Shown here piece by piece: positions 1 through 9,391 of a stretch of DNA of 64,000 bases. The first letter of the stretch is position 1. Each line of letters opens with the position of its first letter. Below the pieces are notes generated by a model, which did not search any database, had not been told where the DNA came from, and was given only the letters and a program-made list of their open reading frames with translations. The translations under genes and the position numbers were made by a program. The stretch comes from Clostridia bacterium (GTDB lineage Bacteria; Bacillota; Clostridia; Oscillospirales; CAG-272): assembly GCA_017450965.1 (NCBI GenBank), contig JAFSSQ010000023.1:30074-94073 (forward strand), read 5' to 3'.

Positions 1-1
1 C

Positions 2-697
2 AAGGTAACCAAGGGCAAACTGATGTGCCCGACCATCCATGGCAATATGCTCGTTGGGCCGACCGCCGAGGATCTTCTCGACAAGGCCGATAAGAGCACC
101 AACGTTGAGGGGCTCGAGAGCATCGCGGCAGACGTTCGAAAGATGATCCCGGGCGTCAATCTCCGCGATACCATCACGCAGTATGCGGGGCTCCGCGCAC
201 AGCGCAACCCCGAAGGGCTCAACATTGACGTTTACGATGATCTCAAAGGATACGTCAACCTCTCGGGCGTTCGTTCCACCGGTCTTACCGCATCGGTCTC
301 GATCGCCAAATACGTGGTTGATCTGATGATCGAAGGCGGACTCCACGCAGAGTTCAAGACCGATTTCAACCCGATCCGTCACGGCACGCCTCGCTTTGCC
401 GAACTTTCGGCGGAAGAACGCGCGGCGCTCGTTGCAAAGGATCCGAGATACGGCAACATCGTCTGCCGTTGTGAGACGGTTACCGAAGGGCAGATCTGCG
501 ATGCAATTCATCGCACGCTTGGCGCCCGCTCGGTTGACGGCGTCAAACGCCGTCTGCGCGCCGGTATGGGGCGTTGCCAGGGCGGTTTCTGCGGTCCGCG
601 CGTGATTGAAATTCTCGCAAGAGAACTCGGCATTTCTCCCGAAGAAGTCCGCAAGAACGATCCGGGTTCCGAAATGCTTGTCGGCGAAGCCAGATAA
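2..697 (+). CDS. FAD-dependent oxidoreductase, GlpA-like glycerol-3-phosphate dehydrogenase family (N-terminus cut by window edge)
   Basis: Open from window start in frame 2. The C-terminal Cys pattern CRCE...C...GRCQGGFC is typical of the BFD-like 2Fe-2S domain of these flavoproteins. Followed by the usual partner genes. Confidence 0.7.
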   Translation, partial: KVTKGKLMCPTIHGNMLVGPTAEDLLDKADKSTNVEGLESIAADVRKMIPGVNLRDTITQYAGLRAQRNPEGLNIDVYDDLKGYVNLSGVRSTGLTASVSIAKYVVDLMIEGGLHAEFKTDFNPIRHGTPRFAELSAEERAALVAKDPRYGNIVCRCETVTEGQICDAIHRTLGARSVDGVKRRLRAGMGRCQGGFCGPRVIEILARELGISPEEVRKNDPGSEMLVGEAR

Positions 698-721
698 AGC
701 GCGAAAGGAAGGAAAACGAAT

Positions 722-1963
722 ATGAGCAACAAGATTTATGACGTCATTATCGTAGGCGGCGGCCCCGCAGGCCTTGCCGCAGCAGTAGGAGCCAAGGAAG
801 CAGGAGCAAAAGACGTGCTCATCGTTGAACGTGACGTCACGCTCGGCGGCATTCTGGAACAGTGCATCCACCCCGGATTCGGACTGAAAACCTTTGGCGA
901 AGAGCTGACCGGCCCGGAATATGCGCACCGCTATATTGAAAAAGTCCTCGCTCTCGGCGTGGAATATAAGCTGGAGACTATGGTTCTTGAAGTCGGGAAA
1001 GATACCGTGACCGGCATCAACTCGAAAGACGGTCTGTTCATTGCCAAAGGCAAGAGCATCATTCTTGCAATGGGTTGCAGAGAGCGCACCAGAGGCGCGA
1101 TCATGACCCCCGGCACGCGTCCGGCCGGCGTTTACACCGCAGGCGCGGCGCAGCGCCTTGTCAACCGTCAGAACATGATGGTCGGCAAACGCGTCGTGAT
1201 TCTCGGCTCGGGAGACATCGGTATGATCATGGCTCGCCGCATGACCCTCGAGGGCGCAAAAGTCCTCGCCGTGGCAGAACTTATGGACTACACCGCAGGT
1301 CTTACCAGAAACCGCGTTCAGTGCCTTGAAGACTTCGGTATTCCGCTTCTGCTTTCCCACACCGTGGTCGAGATCAAAGGCAACAAGCGCGTCGAAGGCG
1401 TTGTGATCGCGAAAGTGGATCCGGCGACCAAAAAGCCGATCGCGGGTACCGAAAAGCTCTATGAGTGCGACACGTTGCTCCTTTCCTGCGGGCTCATCCC
1501 CGAGAACGAGCTCAGCAAAGCCGCCGGGGTTAAGCTCAGTAGAATTACCAGTGGGCCAGAAGTCAACCAGTTCATGCAGACCAATCTTGGTTCGGTCTTC
1601 GCTTGCGGAAACGTCGTTCACGTCAACGACCTGGCCGACAACGTCTCGGAAGAGAGCGAACGCGCCGGAAAGTACGCCGCCCTCTACGCCGCAGGCAAAC
1701 TGCCCGCCGGCAAAGAGATCCCGACCATTACCGGCAGCAACGTCCGCTACATCTGCCCGCAAAGAATCAATCCGAATGAGCCCGCATCCCTCTTCTTCCG
1801 CGCCGCCGCGCCCCAGAAGAACGTGACCGTCAAGGTCTTTGCAGGCGACAAAGAGATTTACTCGAAAAAGCTCATCAAGATCAATCCCGGTGAAATGGAA
1901 AAGGTCGCGGTCAAACCCGAAGACATCGCGGGCGCTGAAGCCGTTACCATTCAAGTGCTCTGA
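722..1963 (+). CDS. NAD(P)/FAD-dependent pyridine nucleotide-disulfide oxidoreductase
   Basis: N-terminal dinucleotide-binding motif DVIIVGGGPAGLAAA and a second Rossmann motif ILGSGDIG. Purine-rich SD upstream. Confidence 0.75.
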   Translation: MSNKIYDVIIVGGGPAGLAAAVGAKEAGAKDVLIVERDVTLGGILEQCIHPGFGLKTFGEELTGPEYAHRYIEKVLALGVEYKLETMVLEVGKDTVTGINSKDGLFIAKGKSIILAMGCRERTRGAIMTPGTRPAGVYTAGAAQRLVNRQNMMVGKRVVILGSGDIGMIMARRMTLEGAKVLAVAELMDYTAGLTRNRVQCLEDFGIPLLLSHTVVEIKGNKRVEGVVIAKVDPATKKPIAGTEKLYECDTLLLSCGLIPENELSKAAGVKLSRITSGPEVNQFMQTNLGSVFACGNVVHVNDLADNVSEESERAGKYAALYAAGKLPAGKEIPTITGSNVRYICPQRINPNEPASLFFRAAAPQKNVTVKVFAGDKEIYSKKLIKINPGEMEKVAVKPEDIAGAEAVTIQVL

Positions 1964-1980
1964 GAAAGGGGAGATAGATT

Positions 1981-2355
1981 ATGACTACCGAAAAGAAAAT
2001 CATTTGCATCATCTGCCCGCAGGGCTGTAACATCACCGTGAAGGGCGACGCCGAAAAGGGGATCATCGAATCGGTCGAGGGCTTTACTTGCAAACGCGGC
2101 AAAGCTTATGCCGAAAACGAGTTCACCCATCCGCTCCGCATCCTGACCTCTTCGGTCAAGACCGAAGGCTCTTCCTTCCCGCTTGTTCCGGTCAGAACCA
2201 GAACCGCCATCCCGAAGGAACTCCTCTTTGAGGGCATGGAAGAGATCCGCAAGATCACCGTGAAGGGCAAAGTCTCTTGCGGTGACGTGATCGTTGCAAA
2301 CTTCCTTGGCACCGGCGTGGATCTGATCGCCTCGGGCGACGTCGAAGCAAAATAA
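1981..2355 (+). CDS. DUF1667 domain-containing protein
   Basis: 124 aa with an N-terminal CIICPQGC motif. Conserved third member of the flavoprotein/oxidoreductase/DUF1667 trio in Firmicutes (recalled family signature). Confidence 0.65.
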   Translation: MTTEKKIICIICPQGCNITVKGDAEKGIIESVEGFTCKRGKAYAENEFTHPLRILTSSVKTEGSSFPLVPVRTRTAIPKELLFEGMEEIRKITVKGKVSCGDVIVANFLGTGVDLIASGDVEAK

Positions 2356-2365
2356 AAAACAAGAC

Positions 2366-2395
2366 AAAACGCCTTGCAAAGCAGGGCGTTTTGTG
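2366..2395 (+). terminator. Rho-independent terminator after DUF1667 gene
   Basis: Stem ACGCCTTGC / GCAGGGCGT (one G-U), loop AAA, followed by TTTGTGTT. Confidence 0.55.
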
Positions 2396-2432
2396 TTACA
2401 ATGTGGAAAGAATCCTTTTTCGGGAGGCTATG

Positions 2433-3542
2433 ATGAATCCAACCGATCTGACAAACTATCTTGAAAAAATGCCCGAGCGCGGGATCCCTGCCTGCGACCT
2501 TGTCGTCACGCGTGACGGAGAGGTCGTCTATCGCCACGCGGTCGGCGCCGAAGCCGGGCGCGACCTCTACTACGTTTGCTCGATCTCCAAGATCACCACC
2601 TGCACGGTGGCAATGCGTCTTGTGGAAGAGGGCAAACTGGGGCTTGACGACCCGGTGGCAAAATATCTGCCCGCCTATCAGAATTTGCTGGTCAAAGAAA
2701 AAAAGACCGGCGAGATCCACCCGGCAGAGAATGTGATGACCGTGCGGCATCTCTTTACCATGACCGGTGGATTGAACTATAATCTTCGGCTCGATCCCAT
2801 TCTGCGGGCCCGGGAAAGCGATCACCCGACGACGCTGAACATCGTCAATTCCTTTGTCGAAAGCCCGCTCGATTTTGAGCCGGGAACAAAATTCCAGTAC
2901 AGCCTTTGCCACGACGTGTTGGCCGCAATCGTGGAAGTCGTTTCGGGCAAACGCTTCCGCGACTATGTCAAGGAGATCATTCTCGATCCGCTTGGTATGG
3001 GAACTACCGACTATCATCTGCGTGAGGGCTGGAACGAACGCATCGCAAGGCAGTACCGCAGTCTGCGTGGTCTGGCGAGAGCCGAAGAAAAAGAACCCGC
3101 CTGCGGGTTTATCCTCTCGGACGAATACGACAGCGGCGGAGCGGGACTGATCACGAACGGCGACGAGCAGATCAAGCTTTTGACCACACTCGCAAACGGT
3201 GGAAAAACTCCGGACGGCTATCAGCTCTTAAAACCAGAAACCATCGCCATGATGGAAAAAGGACAGCTTCCCGACGAAGTCCAGCGCAGTTTTATTCCCA
3301 CGCGCCTGTTCGGCTACAGCTGGGGACTTTGCGGAAGAGTCCATGTCAATCCGGTCGTCTCCATGGCGCGCTCGCCTTTGGGAGAATTCGGTTGGGACGG
3401 CGCGACAGGGCCTTTTGCGCTGGTCGATCGCAAAAACCGTCTGGCACTTTATTTCGGTACGCACATTTACGACTGCGACTACCTCCACCATCAAGTCCAT
3501 CCGACTCTGCGAGACATGGCCTACGAAATTTTCGTAAAATAA
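2433..3542 (+). CDS. serine hydrolase, beta-lactamase/PBP-like family
   Basis: SxxK active-site motif (CSISK) near the N-terminus, overall class-C-like length. Start moved from track ORF 2391 to the ATGATG at 2430/2433, which follows GGGAGG (2422-2427). Confidence 0.7.
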   Translation: MNPTDLTNYLEKMPERGIPACDLVVTRDGEVVYRHAVGAEAGRDLYYVCSISKITTCTVAMRLVEEGKLGLDDPVAKYLPAYQNLLVKEKKTGEIHPAENVMTVRHLFTMTGGLNYNLRLDPILRARESDHPTTLNIVNSFVESPLDFEPGTKFQYSLCHDVLAAIVEVVSGKRFRDYVKEIILDPLGMGTTDYHLREGWNERIARQYRSLRGLARAEEKEPACGFILSDEYDSGGAGLITNGDEQIKLLTTLANGGKTPDGYQLLKPETIAMMEKGQLPDEVQRSFIPTRLFGYSWGLCGRVHVNPVVSMARSPLGEFGWDGATGPFALVDRKNRLALYFGTHIYDCDYLHHQVHPTLRDMAYEIFVK

Positions 3543-3549
3543 TCTTTCA

Positions 3550-3588
3550 AAAAAAGAAGCAACCGCACTTTGCGGTTGCTTCTTCATT
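3550..3588. terminator. Bidirectional terminator between hydrolase gene and ppa
   Basis: 12-bp perfect stem GAAGCAACCGCA / TGCGGTTGCTTC flanked by an A-run and a T-run. Confidence 0.7.
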
Positions 3589-4119
3589 TTATTTGCAAAA
3601 GGTATTGACGTAGGTGTCGATCGCCTCTTGGATGATCTTCTCTGCCGTGGCTCTGTCATAGAGTGTCTGCACGTCGGTCTGCTTGTTTTCAAGCTGTTTG
3701 TAGACCGAGAAGAAGTGCATGATTTCGTCAAAGATGTGCGAGGGGAGTTGAGAAATCTCCTGCACGCCGTGGTAGGTCGGATCCGAGAAGGGAATGGCGA
3801 TGATCTTGTCGTCGATCCTGCCGCCGTCGATCATGCGCATGGCACCGATCGGAAAGGCGCGGATGAGCGTCATGGGGTAGATCGGGTCGGAGCAAAGAAC
3901 CAGCACGTCCAAGGGGTCGCCGTCGTCGGCAAAAGTCCTGGGGATAAAGCCGTAGTTTGCCGGGTAGTGGGTTGAGGTGTAGAGGACGCGGTCGAGGCGC
4001 AGAAGGCCGGTGTACTTATCCATTTCGTATTTGCAGTTGCTTCCTTTTGGAATTTCGATGACCGCATTGAAGTCGGAGGAAGAAACCTGCTTGGGATCCA
4101 TATCGTGCCAGATGTTCAT
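3589..4119 (-). CDS. ppa: inorganic pyrophosphatase, family I
   Basis: 176 aa. Motifs IEIPKGS..KYE, YPANYGFIP.T...DGDPLDVLVL are characteristic of soluble family I PPase. Confidence 0.9.
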   Translation of the reverse strand: MNIWHDMDPKQVSSSDFNAVIEIPKGSNCKYEMDKYTGLLRLDRVLYTSTHYPANYGFIPRTFADDGDPLDVLVLCSDPIYPMTLIRAFPIGAMRMIDGGRIDDKIIAIPFSDPTYHGVQEISQLPSHIFDEIMHFFSVYKQLENKQTDVQTLYDRATAEKIIQEAIDTYVNTFCK

Positions 4120-4130
4120 AGAGGACCTCC

Positions 4131-4796
4131 TTATGATTTTATTTTTTCCACATAGGTTTTAGACAGACGGAAGATGCCTTCAAAGTCATTTTTTTGCAGG
4201 AGCTCGCGATCGACGATGCCGCCTCCGATGCCAAAGCCTTTTGCGCCTGCGGCAAGATAAGCGGGAATCGAGTCAAGAGTCACGCCGCCCATGGCGATGA
4301 TGGGAATATAGGAGAGCGGGCCTAAAACCGCCTTAATGTAATCCGGCCCTGCGACCGATGCGGGGAAGAACTTGACAAAGTCGGCGCCCGCGTCATAGGC
4401 TTTTCGGATCTCGGTCGGCGTAAAGCCTGCCGGGATCGAGAGAAGACCGGCCGCTTTGGTTGCCCTTATGACAGCCTCATTCACGTCGGGCGAGAGCAAA
4501 AAAGAGCCGCCTGCGGCTTTTGTAAGCTCCACCTGAGACGAAGTTAGGATCGTTCCGCCGCCGATCTGCATGCGCCCGCGAAAAGCCTTGGCCAGAACGG
4601 CGATTTTTGCGGCATGATTCTTGTCGGATTCCGCGCCGGCATTTGCCGGGAAGGGAAGCTCCAAAAACCGCACGCCGGCAAAATAGAGCGCTTCGCCTAA
4701 GGGAAGCAGGGAGGGGGCCGGAATGTCGCGCGCGATGACGATGAGCCTCTCAGTGAGGAGCTGTTGTTTCAGTTTTCCCGATTCGGTTGGTTTCAT
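4131..4796 (-). CDS. eda: KDPG / 4-hydroxy-2-oxoglutarate aldolase family protein
   Basis: 221 aa. Pattern GGGTILT..Q...AGG.F.LSP....VI......G...IPG..TPTE...A...GADFVKFFPA matches the Eda/KHG aldolase fold signature. Confidence 0.7.
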   Translation of the reverse strand: MKPTESGKLKQQLLTERLIVIARDIPAPSLLPLGEALYFAGVRFLELPFPANAGAESDKNHAAKIAVLAKAFRGRMQIGGGTILTSSQVELTKAAGGSFLLSPDVNEAVIRATKAAGLLSIPAGFTPTEIRKAYDAGADFVKFFPASVAGPDYIKAVLGPLSYIPIIAMGGVTLDSIPAYLAAGAKGFGIGGGIVDRELLQKNDFEGIFRLSKTYVEKIKS

Positions 4797-4892
4797 GTTC
4801 CTATCGCTTTCCTTGTCGGCAATCGAAAGACTTGCCGTCGTTTTTTACAATATACCACAAAAAAGCCGGTTTGTACAGAGCTTTTTTTGAAA

Positions 4893-5741
4893 TTAGGCGA
4901 GATAGGGAGAGAGCAGATTCAGACAGTCGTCGAAAAACTTTTTTGCGATCATTCCGTCCGGATCCTTGAATTTCAGCCGATAGATCTTTTTGTAGCTGTA
5001 AAGCTCGCCCGGGATAAAATCGGTGTTTGGAGTCCCTATGGCAAGGCGTGTCAGACGCTCGGCTCCCTTCTCGGGGGAAATGGTAAAGGGATAGCGCAGA
5101 GGCGAGCGGTAGAACGCGCCGAGAAATCCCTTTGCGTCGGATGCAAAATTCGTCCTCGCCACGCCCGGCTCAAAGGCAACGGCATGGATCCCCTCTGCGC
5201 CGAAGCGCCGCTGCAATTCGCGCGTCATCAGAGCATCCTCGAGCTTGGAATATCCGTAGGCTTTGCGGACCGAGGCCGCATGCTCGTTTTGCAGGTCGCT
5301 TGGATCAAAGTCGGACCCGTAGAGGTTGGAGGCGATGCTCGAGGTCTGGATCACCGTTGCACCCGACTCGATGAGCTTTTCCTTCAAAAGAAGCGTCAAA
5401 AGAAGCCCCGCGAGCAGGTTGACCTGAAAGGTTTTGTCAAAGCCGTCTTTTGTTTTGGCAAGCGCCGTTTGCAGGCCGCCCGCATTGTTGGCAAGCACGT
5501 CGATGCGCTCATAGGCCGCAAGCTCCTCGGCAAGACGGACAACCTGCGAAAGATCTGCATAGTCGCAAAGGTGATAAGGGACCTCCAATTCTTTTGCCAC
5601 GGCCATGGTCTTTTCGGAATTTCTGCCGGTGATCACGACCTTGTGGCCGAGATTCTTCAACTGCTTTGCCGCGGCTTTTCCAATGCCGTCGCTCGCGCCG
5701 GTGATGACGACGGTTTTCTTTGCTTCATTCAAAAGGATCAC
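4893..5741 (-). CDS. SDR family NAD(P)-dependent oxidoreductase
   Basis: TGASDGIGKAAA cofactor motif and YGYSK (YxxxK) catalytic motif. Confidence 0.8.
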   Translation of the reverse strand: MILLNEAKKTVVITGASDGIGKAAAKQLKNLGHKVVITGRNSEKTMAVAKELEVPYHLCDYADLSQVVRLAEELAAYERIDVLANNAGGLQTALAKTKDGFDKTFQVNLLAGLLLTLLLKEKLIESGATVIQTSSIASNLYGSDFDPSDLQNEHAASVRKAYGYSKLEDALMTRELQRRFGAEGIHAVAFEPGVARTNFASDAKGFLGAFYRSPLRYPFTISPEKGAERLTRLAIGTPNTDFIPGELYSYKKIYRLKFKDPDGMIAKKFFDDCLNLLSPYLA

Positions 5742-5812
5742 CCCTTTTGTTTCAGTATAGCAAATTTTTTCTTTTTTCGCAAGCGCAAATTCTTTTTTCT
5801 TGCAAAAAGCTC

Positions 5813-5841
5813 TTGCCTTTTTTCTTCCCGTGTGCTACAAT
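5813..5841 (+). promoter_or_regulatory. sigma-A type promoter of pyk
   Basis: TTGCCT - 17 nt - TACAAT with TGc extended -10, about 70 nt upstream of the pyk ATG. Confidence 0.5.
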
Positions 5842-5911
5842 GATAATGGGGGAGATTGGTGCGCTCGGCGCATCTCCCGGAATTTTACGACAGATTATGG
5901 AGGGAATCCTC

Positions 5912-7321
5912 ATGCGTAAAACAAAAATCGTTTGTACCATCGGCCCTGCCAGCGAAAGCGAAGAAACGCTTGCCCAAATGCTGGAAGCCGGTATGAACAT
6001 CGCGCGCCTGAACTTTTCGCACGGCACGCACGAAGATCATCAGGTGAAAATCGACCGCCTCAAAAAGGTCAGAGCGGCTTCCGGCCGTCCGCTTGCCATT
6101 ATGCTGGATACCAAGGGCCCCGAATACCGCATCGGCGTCTTCAAGGACGGGAAATGTATGCTGAAGGAAGGCGACACCTTCACCTTTACGACGCGCGACA
6201 TCGAGGGCGACAACACCATCGTCTCGGTCAGCTATAAGGATCTTGCCAAAGAGCTTGTTCCCGGCGACAAGGTGCTGGTCAACAACGGGCTTCTCATCTT
6301 TACCGTTACCGAGGTCAAGGGAACCGATATCATCTGCCGGGTCGACGAGGGTGGAGAGATTTCCAACCGCAAGAGCATGAGCTTCCCGGGCAAGGTCTTA
6401 AAACAGGTTTATCTCAGCGAACAGGACAAAAAGGATCTGCTTTTCGGAATTGAAAACGACGTGGACTACGTTGCCTGCTCCTTCGTTTCCAGAAAACAGG
6501 ATCTTCTGGACGTTATGGATTTTTTGAACAAAAACGGTGCCAAGCAGATCAGCATCATCGCTAAGATCGAGAACCGTTCGGGTATTGAAAACATCGAGGA
6601 GATCTGCTCGGCCTGCGACGGCATTATGATCGGCCGAGGCGACATGGGCGTGGAGATTCCCTTTGAGGAATTGCCCGCCATTCAGAAACAACTCATCACC
6701 AAATGCCGCATGCTTGGCAAACGCGTCATCACCGCGACCGAGATGCTCGAATCGATGATCCAGAACCCCCGCCCGACCAGAGCCGAGATCTCCGACGTGG
6801 CAAATGCAGTCTTTGACGGCACCAGTGCCATCATGCTCTCGGGCGAGACGGCAGCAGGCAAGCACCCGGTTCTGACCGTGGCTACCATGGCGAAGATTGC
6901 CGAGGCCGCCGAAAAGAACATTCATTATAAAAAACGCTTTGCCAAGACCGATTTCCAGATCCGCAGTGAAATGGACGCCATCTCGCACGCGGTCGTCGGT
7001 ATGGCGATCGACATTGACGCCAAGGCGATCGTGGTCTGCTCGCTCTCGGGTACGACCGTGCGCATGGTCTCGCGTTTCCGCCCGCCCATGGATATTATAG
7101 GACTTTCGGTCAACGAAAAGACCTTCCAGCAGCTCGGCCTTTCCTGGGGCGTCCTTCCGGTCATGTGCGAGGTTTATCCCTCGATCGAAGTGCTCTTCTA
7201 CAACGCAAAGCAGATCGCCAAAAAGACGCTCGGGCTTCAGCCGGGAGACAGGATCATCATCACCGGCGGCACCTCCTCTCAGGTCGGAAGCACCAATACC
7301 ATCCGCGTGGAAGTCATTTGA
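5912..7321 (+). CDS. pyk: pyruvate kinase
   Basis: MRKTKIVCTIGPAS...NIARLNFSHG...MLDTKGPE signature. Start moved from track ORF 5720 to ATG 5912 (GGAGGG SD at 5899-5904). Confidence 0.92.
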   Translation: MRKTKIVCTIGPASESEETLAQMLEAGMNIARLNFSHGTHEDHQVKIDRLKKVRAASGRPLAIMLDTKGPEYRIGVFKDGKCMLKEGDTFTFTTRDIEGDNTIVSVSYKDLAKELVPGDKVLVNNGLLIFTVTEVKGTDIICRVDEGGEISNRKSMSFPGKVLKQVYLSEQDKKDLLFGIENDVDYVACSFVSRKQDLLDVMDFLNKNGAKQISIIAKIENRSGIENIEEICSACDGIMIGRGDMGVEIPFEELPAIQKQLITKCRMLGKRVITATEMLESMIQNPRPTRAEISDVANAVFDGTSAIMLSGETAAGKHPVLTVATMAKIAEAAEKNIHYKKRFAKTDFQIRSEMDAISHAVVGMAIDIDAKAIVVCSLSGTTVRMVSRFRPPMDIIGLSVNEKTFQQLGLSWGVLPVMCEVYPSIEVLFYNAKQIAKKTLGLQPGDRIIITGGTSSQVGSTNTIRVEVI

Positions 7322-7333
7322 CGATATCATAAA

Positions 7334-7368
7334 GAAAAGACCGCCGCAGATTTGCGGCGGTCTTTTAT
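7334..7368. terminator. Bidirectional terminator between pyk and HTH regulator gene
   Basis: 10-bp perfect stem AGACCGCCGC / GCGGCGGTCT, loop AGATTT, A-run before and T-run after. Confidence 0.7.
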
Positions 7369-7391
7369 GGAATCGTTTTTTAGAATCAGAC

Positions 7392-7949
7392 TTATTTTTT
7401 TTCAAAATATTCGTCCCCGTTTGCGGCGAGAGCCATGCGCGCGCGTTCGGTCACTTTTTCGCGGAGCCAGATCGGCTCGACAATGCGGAACTCGCTCCCG
7501 AGCGAAAAGAGCACGCCGATGAATTTTTCAATGCTGTGAAACTCGCAAAGGTATCTGCCGCCGTTCTTGTTTGCGATGACGTAGCGGCTGAGTTCGAGCG
7601 CCGTCAGCTTGTCCGGAATTTCGACGAGCGCCGAGTAGGGGATCTGCATCTGAATGATCGAGTCGTCGGCCTCCAGTTCACCGCTCTTTGCCGTCAGGAT
7701 CTCGCGGATGTAAAGCTCGTCGTTGTCCGAGGAGAGGAGCAGAGGCAGATTGAAGGGCTCGGTATAGTAAAATCCTTTGCGCTTGGGATCGTACGCGATC
7801 GGAGCGCCAACCGTTCGCCTCAGATAATCCAGATCCCGTTGCGCTTGCCGGTGCGAAATGCCAAAACGCTCGGAGAGGCGCTGCGCGTTTGGAAAACTGT
7901 TCATGGCGATCTTTTTATGGAGCCATTGAATTCGGGTGTTTGCGTCCAT
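7392..7949 (-). CDS. HTH-domain transcriptional regulator (YafY/DeoR-N-terminal-like, short form)
   Basis: The N-terminal segment FPNAQRLSERFGISHRQAQRDLDYLR is a typical winged-HTH. The C-terminal half is unassigned. Confidence 0.5.
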   Translation of the reverse strand: MDANTRIQWLHKKIAMNSFPNAQRLSERFGISHRQAQRDLDYLRRTVGAPIAYDPKRKGFYYTEPFNLPLLLSSDNDELYIREILTAKSGELEADDSIIQMQIPYSALVEIPDKLTALELSRYVIANKNGGRYLCEFHSIEKFIGVLFSLGSEFRIVEPIWLREKVTERARMALAANGDEYFEKK

Positions 7950-7982
7950 GAGGACTCCTTTCGTCAGAAGGAATTCTACCTA

Positions 7983-8762
7983 TTAAATATTGTCCTGCTT
8001 TTTGGCGGGGAAAAGATCAAACAGAAGCGAAATCTGCAGAGTCAGAAGAAGAATGGCGCCGAGGAGATAGTCGGTTCTTGTAAAGACGCCCGCAAAATAG
8101 GTGGATAGGATCATCCCGACGCCGATCGAGGCCGCGGGAAAGAGGGCCAGCCGCAAGCCAAAGAGCAGGCGGGGGAGCGGACGCCCCAGAAGACGGCGGA
8201 TCTCACAGAGAAACAGGGCCATCCCGAAAAGCAGACCGGTTTGCAGGGCAACTTTGAGAGGAGAATTCATCTCAACCGTCTTGTCAAAGTAATAAAGGAA
8301 GGCAAGCACGGCCGGCGCAAGAGTTGGGAAAAAGCCGAGGAGCGACAGAAGACCGCGATATTTGGGATCCTTCAAAAGGAAGGAGAGCAGGCAAAAGACA
8401 CAAGAGAACAACAGCAGAATCATGGAAATCACGGCAAGGATCAGCGATACCTTTGCCGGATAGGAGGGGAGAAAGAAGAAGACAAGGGCCGAGGCAAAGA
8501 AGCCTGGTGCCGCCGGTAAAAAGGAAGCGCGACGAGGCTCCGGGTGCTCGCTTTCGGGATTCAGAAAGCCGGCGGCAAGGGCCGCACAAACGCCTAAGAT
8601 CGCAAACACAGCCGACAGAACCGGCAAAACGGCTCCACGGAAAAAGTAATGGGTTCCGGATTCAAATTGCACAAAGCCTGCGATCAGAGCAAGCAGTCCC
8701 GCCGCAAGGCCAAGCCCAAATGCGGCATAGCGGAGAGAAAGAAAGGGAATTTTGCTTTTCAT
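7983..8762 (-). CDS. polytopic membrane protein, unknown function
   Basis: 259 aa, at least 7 hydrophobic helices, same strand and 33 nt upstream of the HTH regulator gene. No family recognised. Confidence 0.5.
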   Translation of the reverse strand: MKSKIPFLSLRYAAFGLGLAAGLLALIAGFVQFESGTHYFFRGAVLPVLSAVFAILGVCAALAAGFLNPESEHPEPRRASFLPAAPGFFASALVFFFLPSYPAKVSLILAVISMILLLFSCVFCLLSFLLKDPKYRGLLSLLGFFPTLAPAVLAFLYYFDKTVEMNSPLKVALQTGLLFGMALFLCEIRRLLGRPLPRLLFGLRLALFPAASIGVGMILSTYFAGVFTRTDYLLGAILLLTLQISLLFDLFPAKKQDNI

Positions 8763-9010
8763 AACGGAAGTTCCTTCTTTTGATTGGCATAGATTCTATC
8801 CTATTATAAAACAGAATTGTGAACAAAATGTTTCAAAACCGGCTTTTTGCAGGAAAAAACAGGGCAAATTCGGCAAAAACGGGACTTTTGCGCTTTCTGA
8901 ATCTACTGTTTTGCTTTTTCGATCCCGATTTTGCCTTATTTTTGTGAAAAATAGTATATTTTACACAAATTGTCAATCGAAAAATCTGCGAAATGCACAA
9001 AAGATTTTTC

Positions 9011-9039
9011 TTGATTTATTGGAAAATATTTGTTATAAT
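9011..9039 (+). promoter_or_regulatory. sigma-A type promoter of the S10-spc-alpha superoperon
   Basis: TTGATT (9011-9016) - 17 nt - TATAAT (9034-9039), preceded by an AT-rich UP-like region. Confidence 0.6.
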
Positions 9040-9045
9040 GATTGA

Positions 9046-9391
9046 GCTTGATATGCGAAGAAGCGAAAGGTTGCTGCAAAGGGACGCCTTTGCAGGGAAT
9101 TTTCGTGGAGTATGTCCGTTAAACCGGGCGAATGGTGTTCACCGAAGCACGAAAAACAATGCGAACGCGCATTGTGCTTCCGTATTCCCAACTTCTGAAT
9201 CCCCGGAATTTGTCCTCCCGGAATGCTGCCGGGTCGGCAAACTCCGTTTCTTTCGGAAAGGGGAAGAAACTCACGGAACAGTGTTGTAGGAAATGCCGGC
9301 CTTGCAAACTGCATCCTGCAGGCGGACGACTTCCATATTTATATATGTCGTCGCGCGCAGGCAAGCAAAATCTGATAAGGAGGCAAAATCA
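9046..9391 (+). promoter_or_regulatory. long structured 5' leader of rpsJ (unclassified)
   Basis: About 345 nt between the predicted TSS and the rpsJ ATG. At least five stable hairpins (9074-9095, 9144-9180, 9246-9270, 9309-9321, 9325-9352). No coding potential. Confidence 0.4.

Noticed and set aside
5720-5911. N-terminal extension of pyk (track start 5720); likewise 2391 for the hydrolase, 9293 for rpsJ, 20295 for adk, 41174, 50721, 39961 and 60747
   Set aside because: The extensions run through promoters or the ends of neighbouring genes and lack SDs. The internal starts coincide with conserved protein N-termini and GGAGG-type SDs.
9046-9391. rpsJ leader as a known housekeeping RNA (RNase P RNA, SRP/4.5S RNA, tmRNA, 6S RNA)
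   Set aside because: The universal motifs I remember are absent. There is no GAGGAAAGUCC (RNase P P4), no GGAAGCAGCC-type SRP domain IV, and no GGGG 5' end or tag ORF of tmRNA. 6S cannot be excluded by eye, but the position inside an mRNA leader argues against it.
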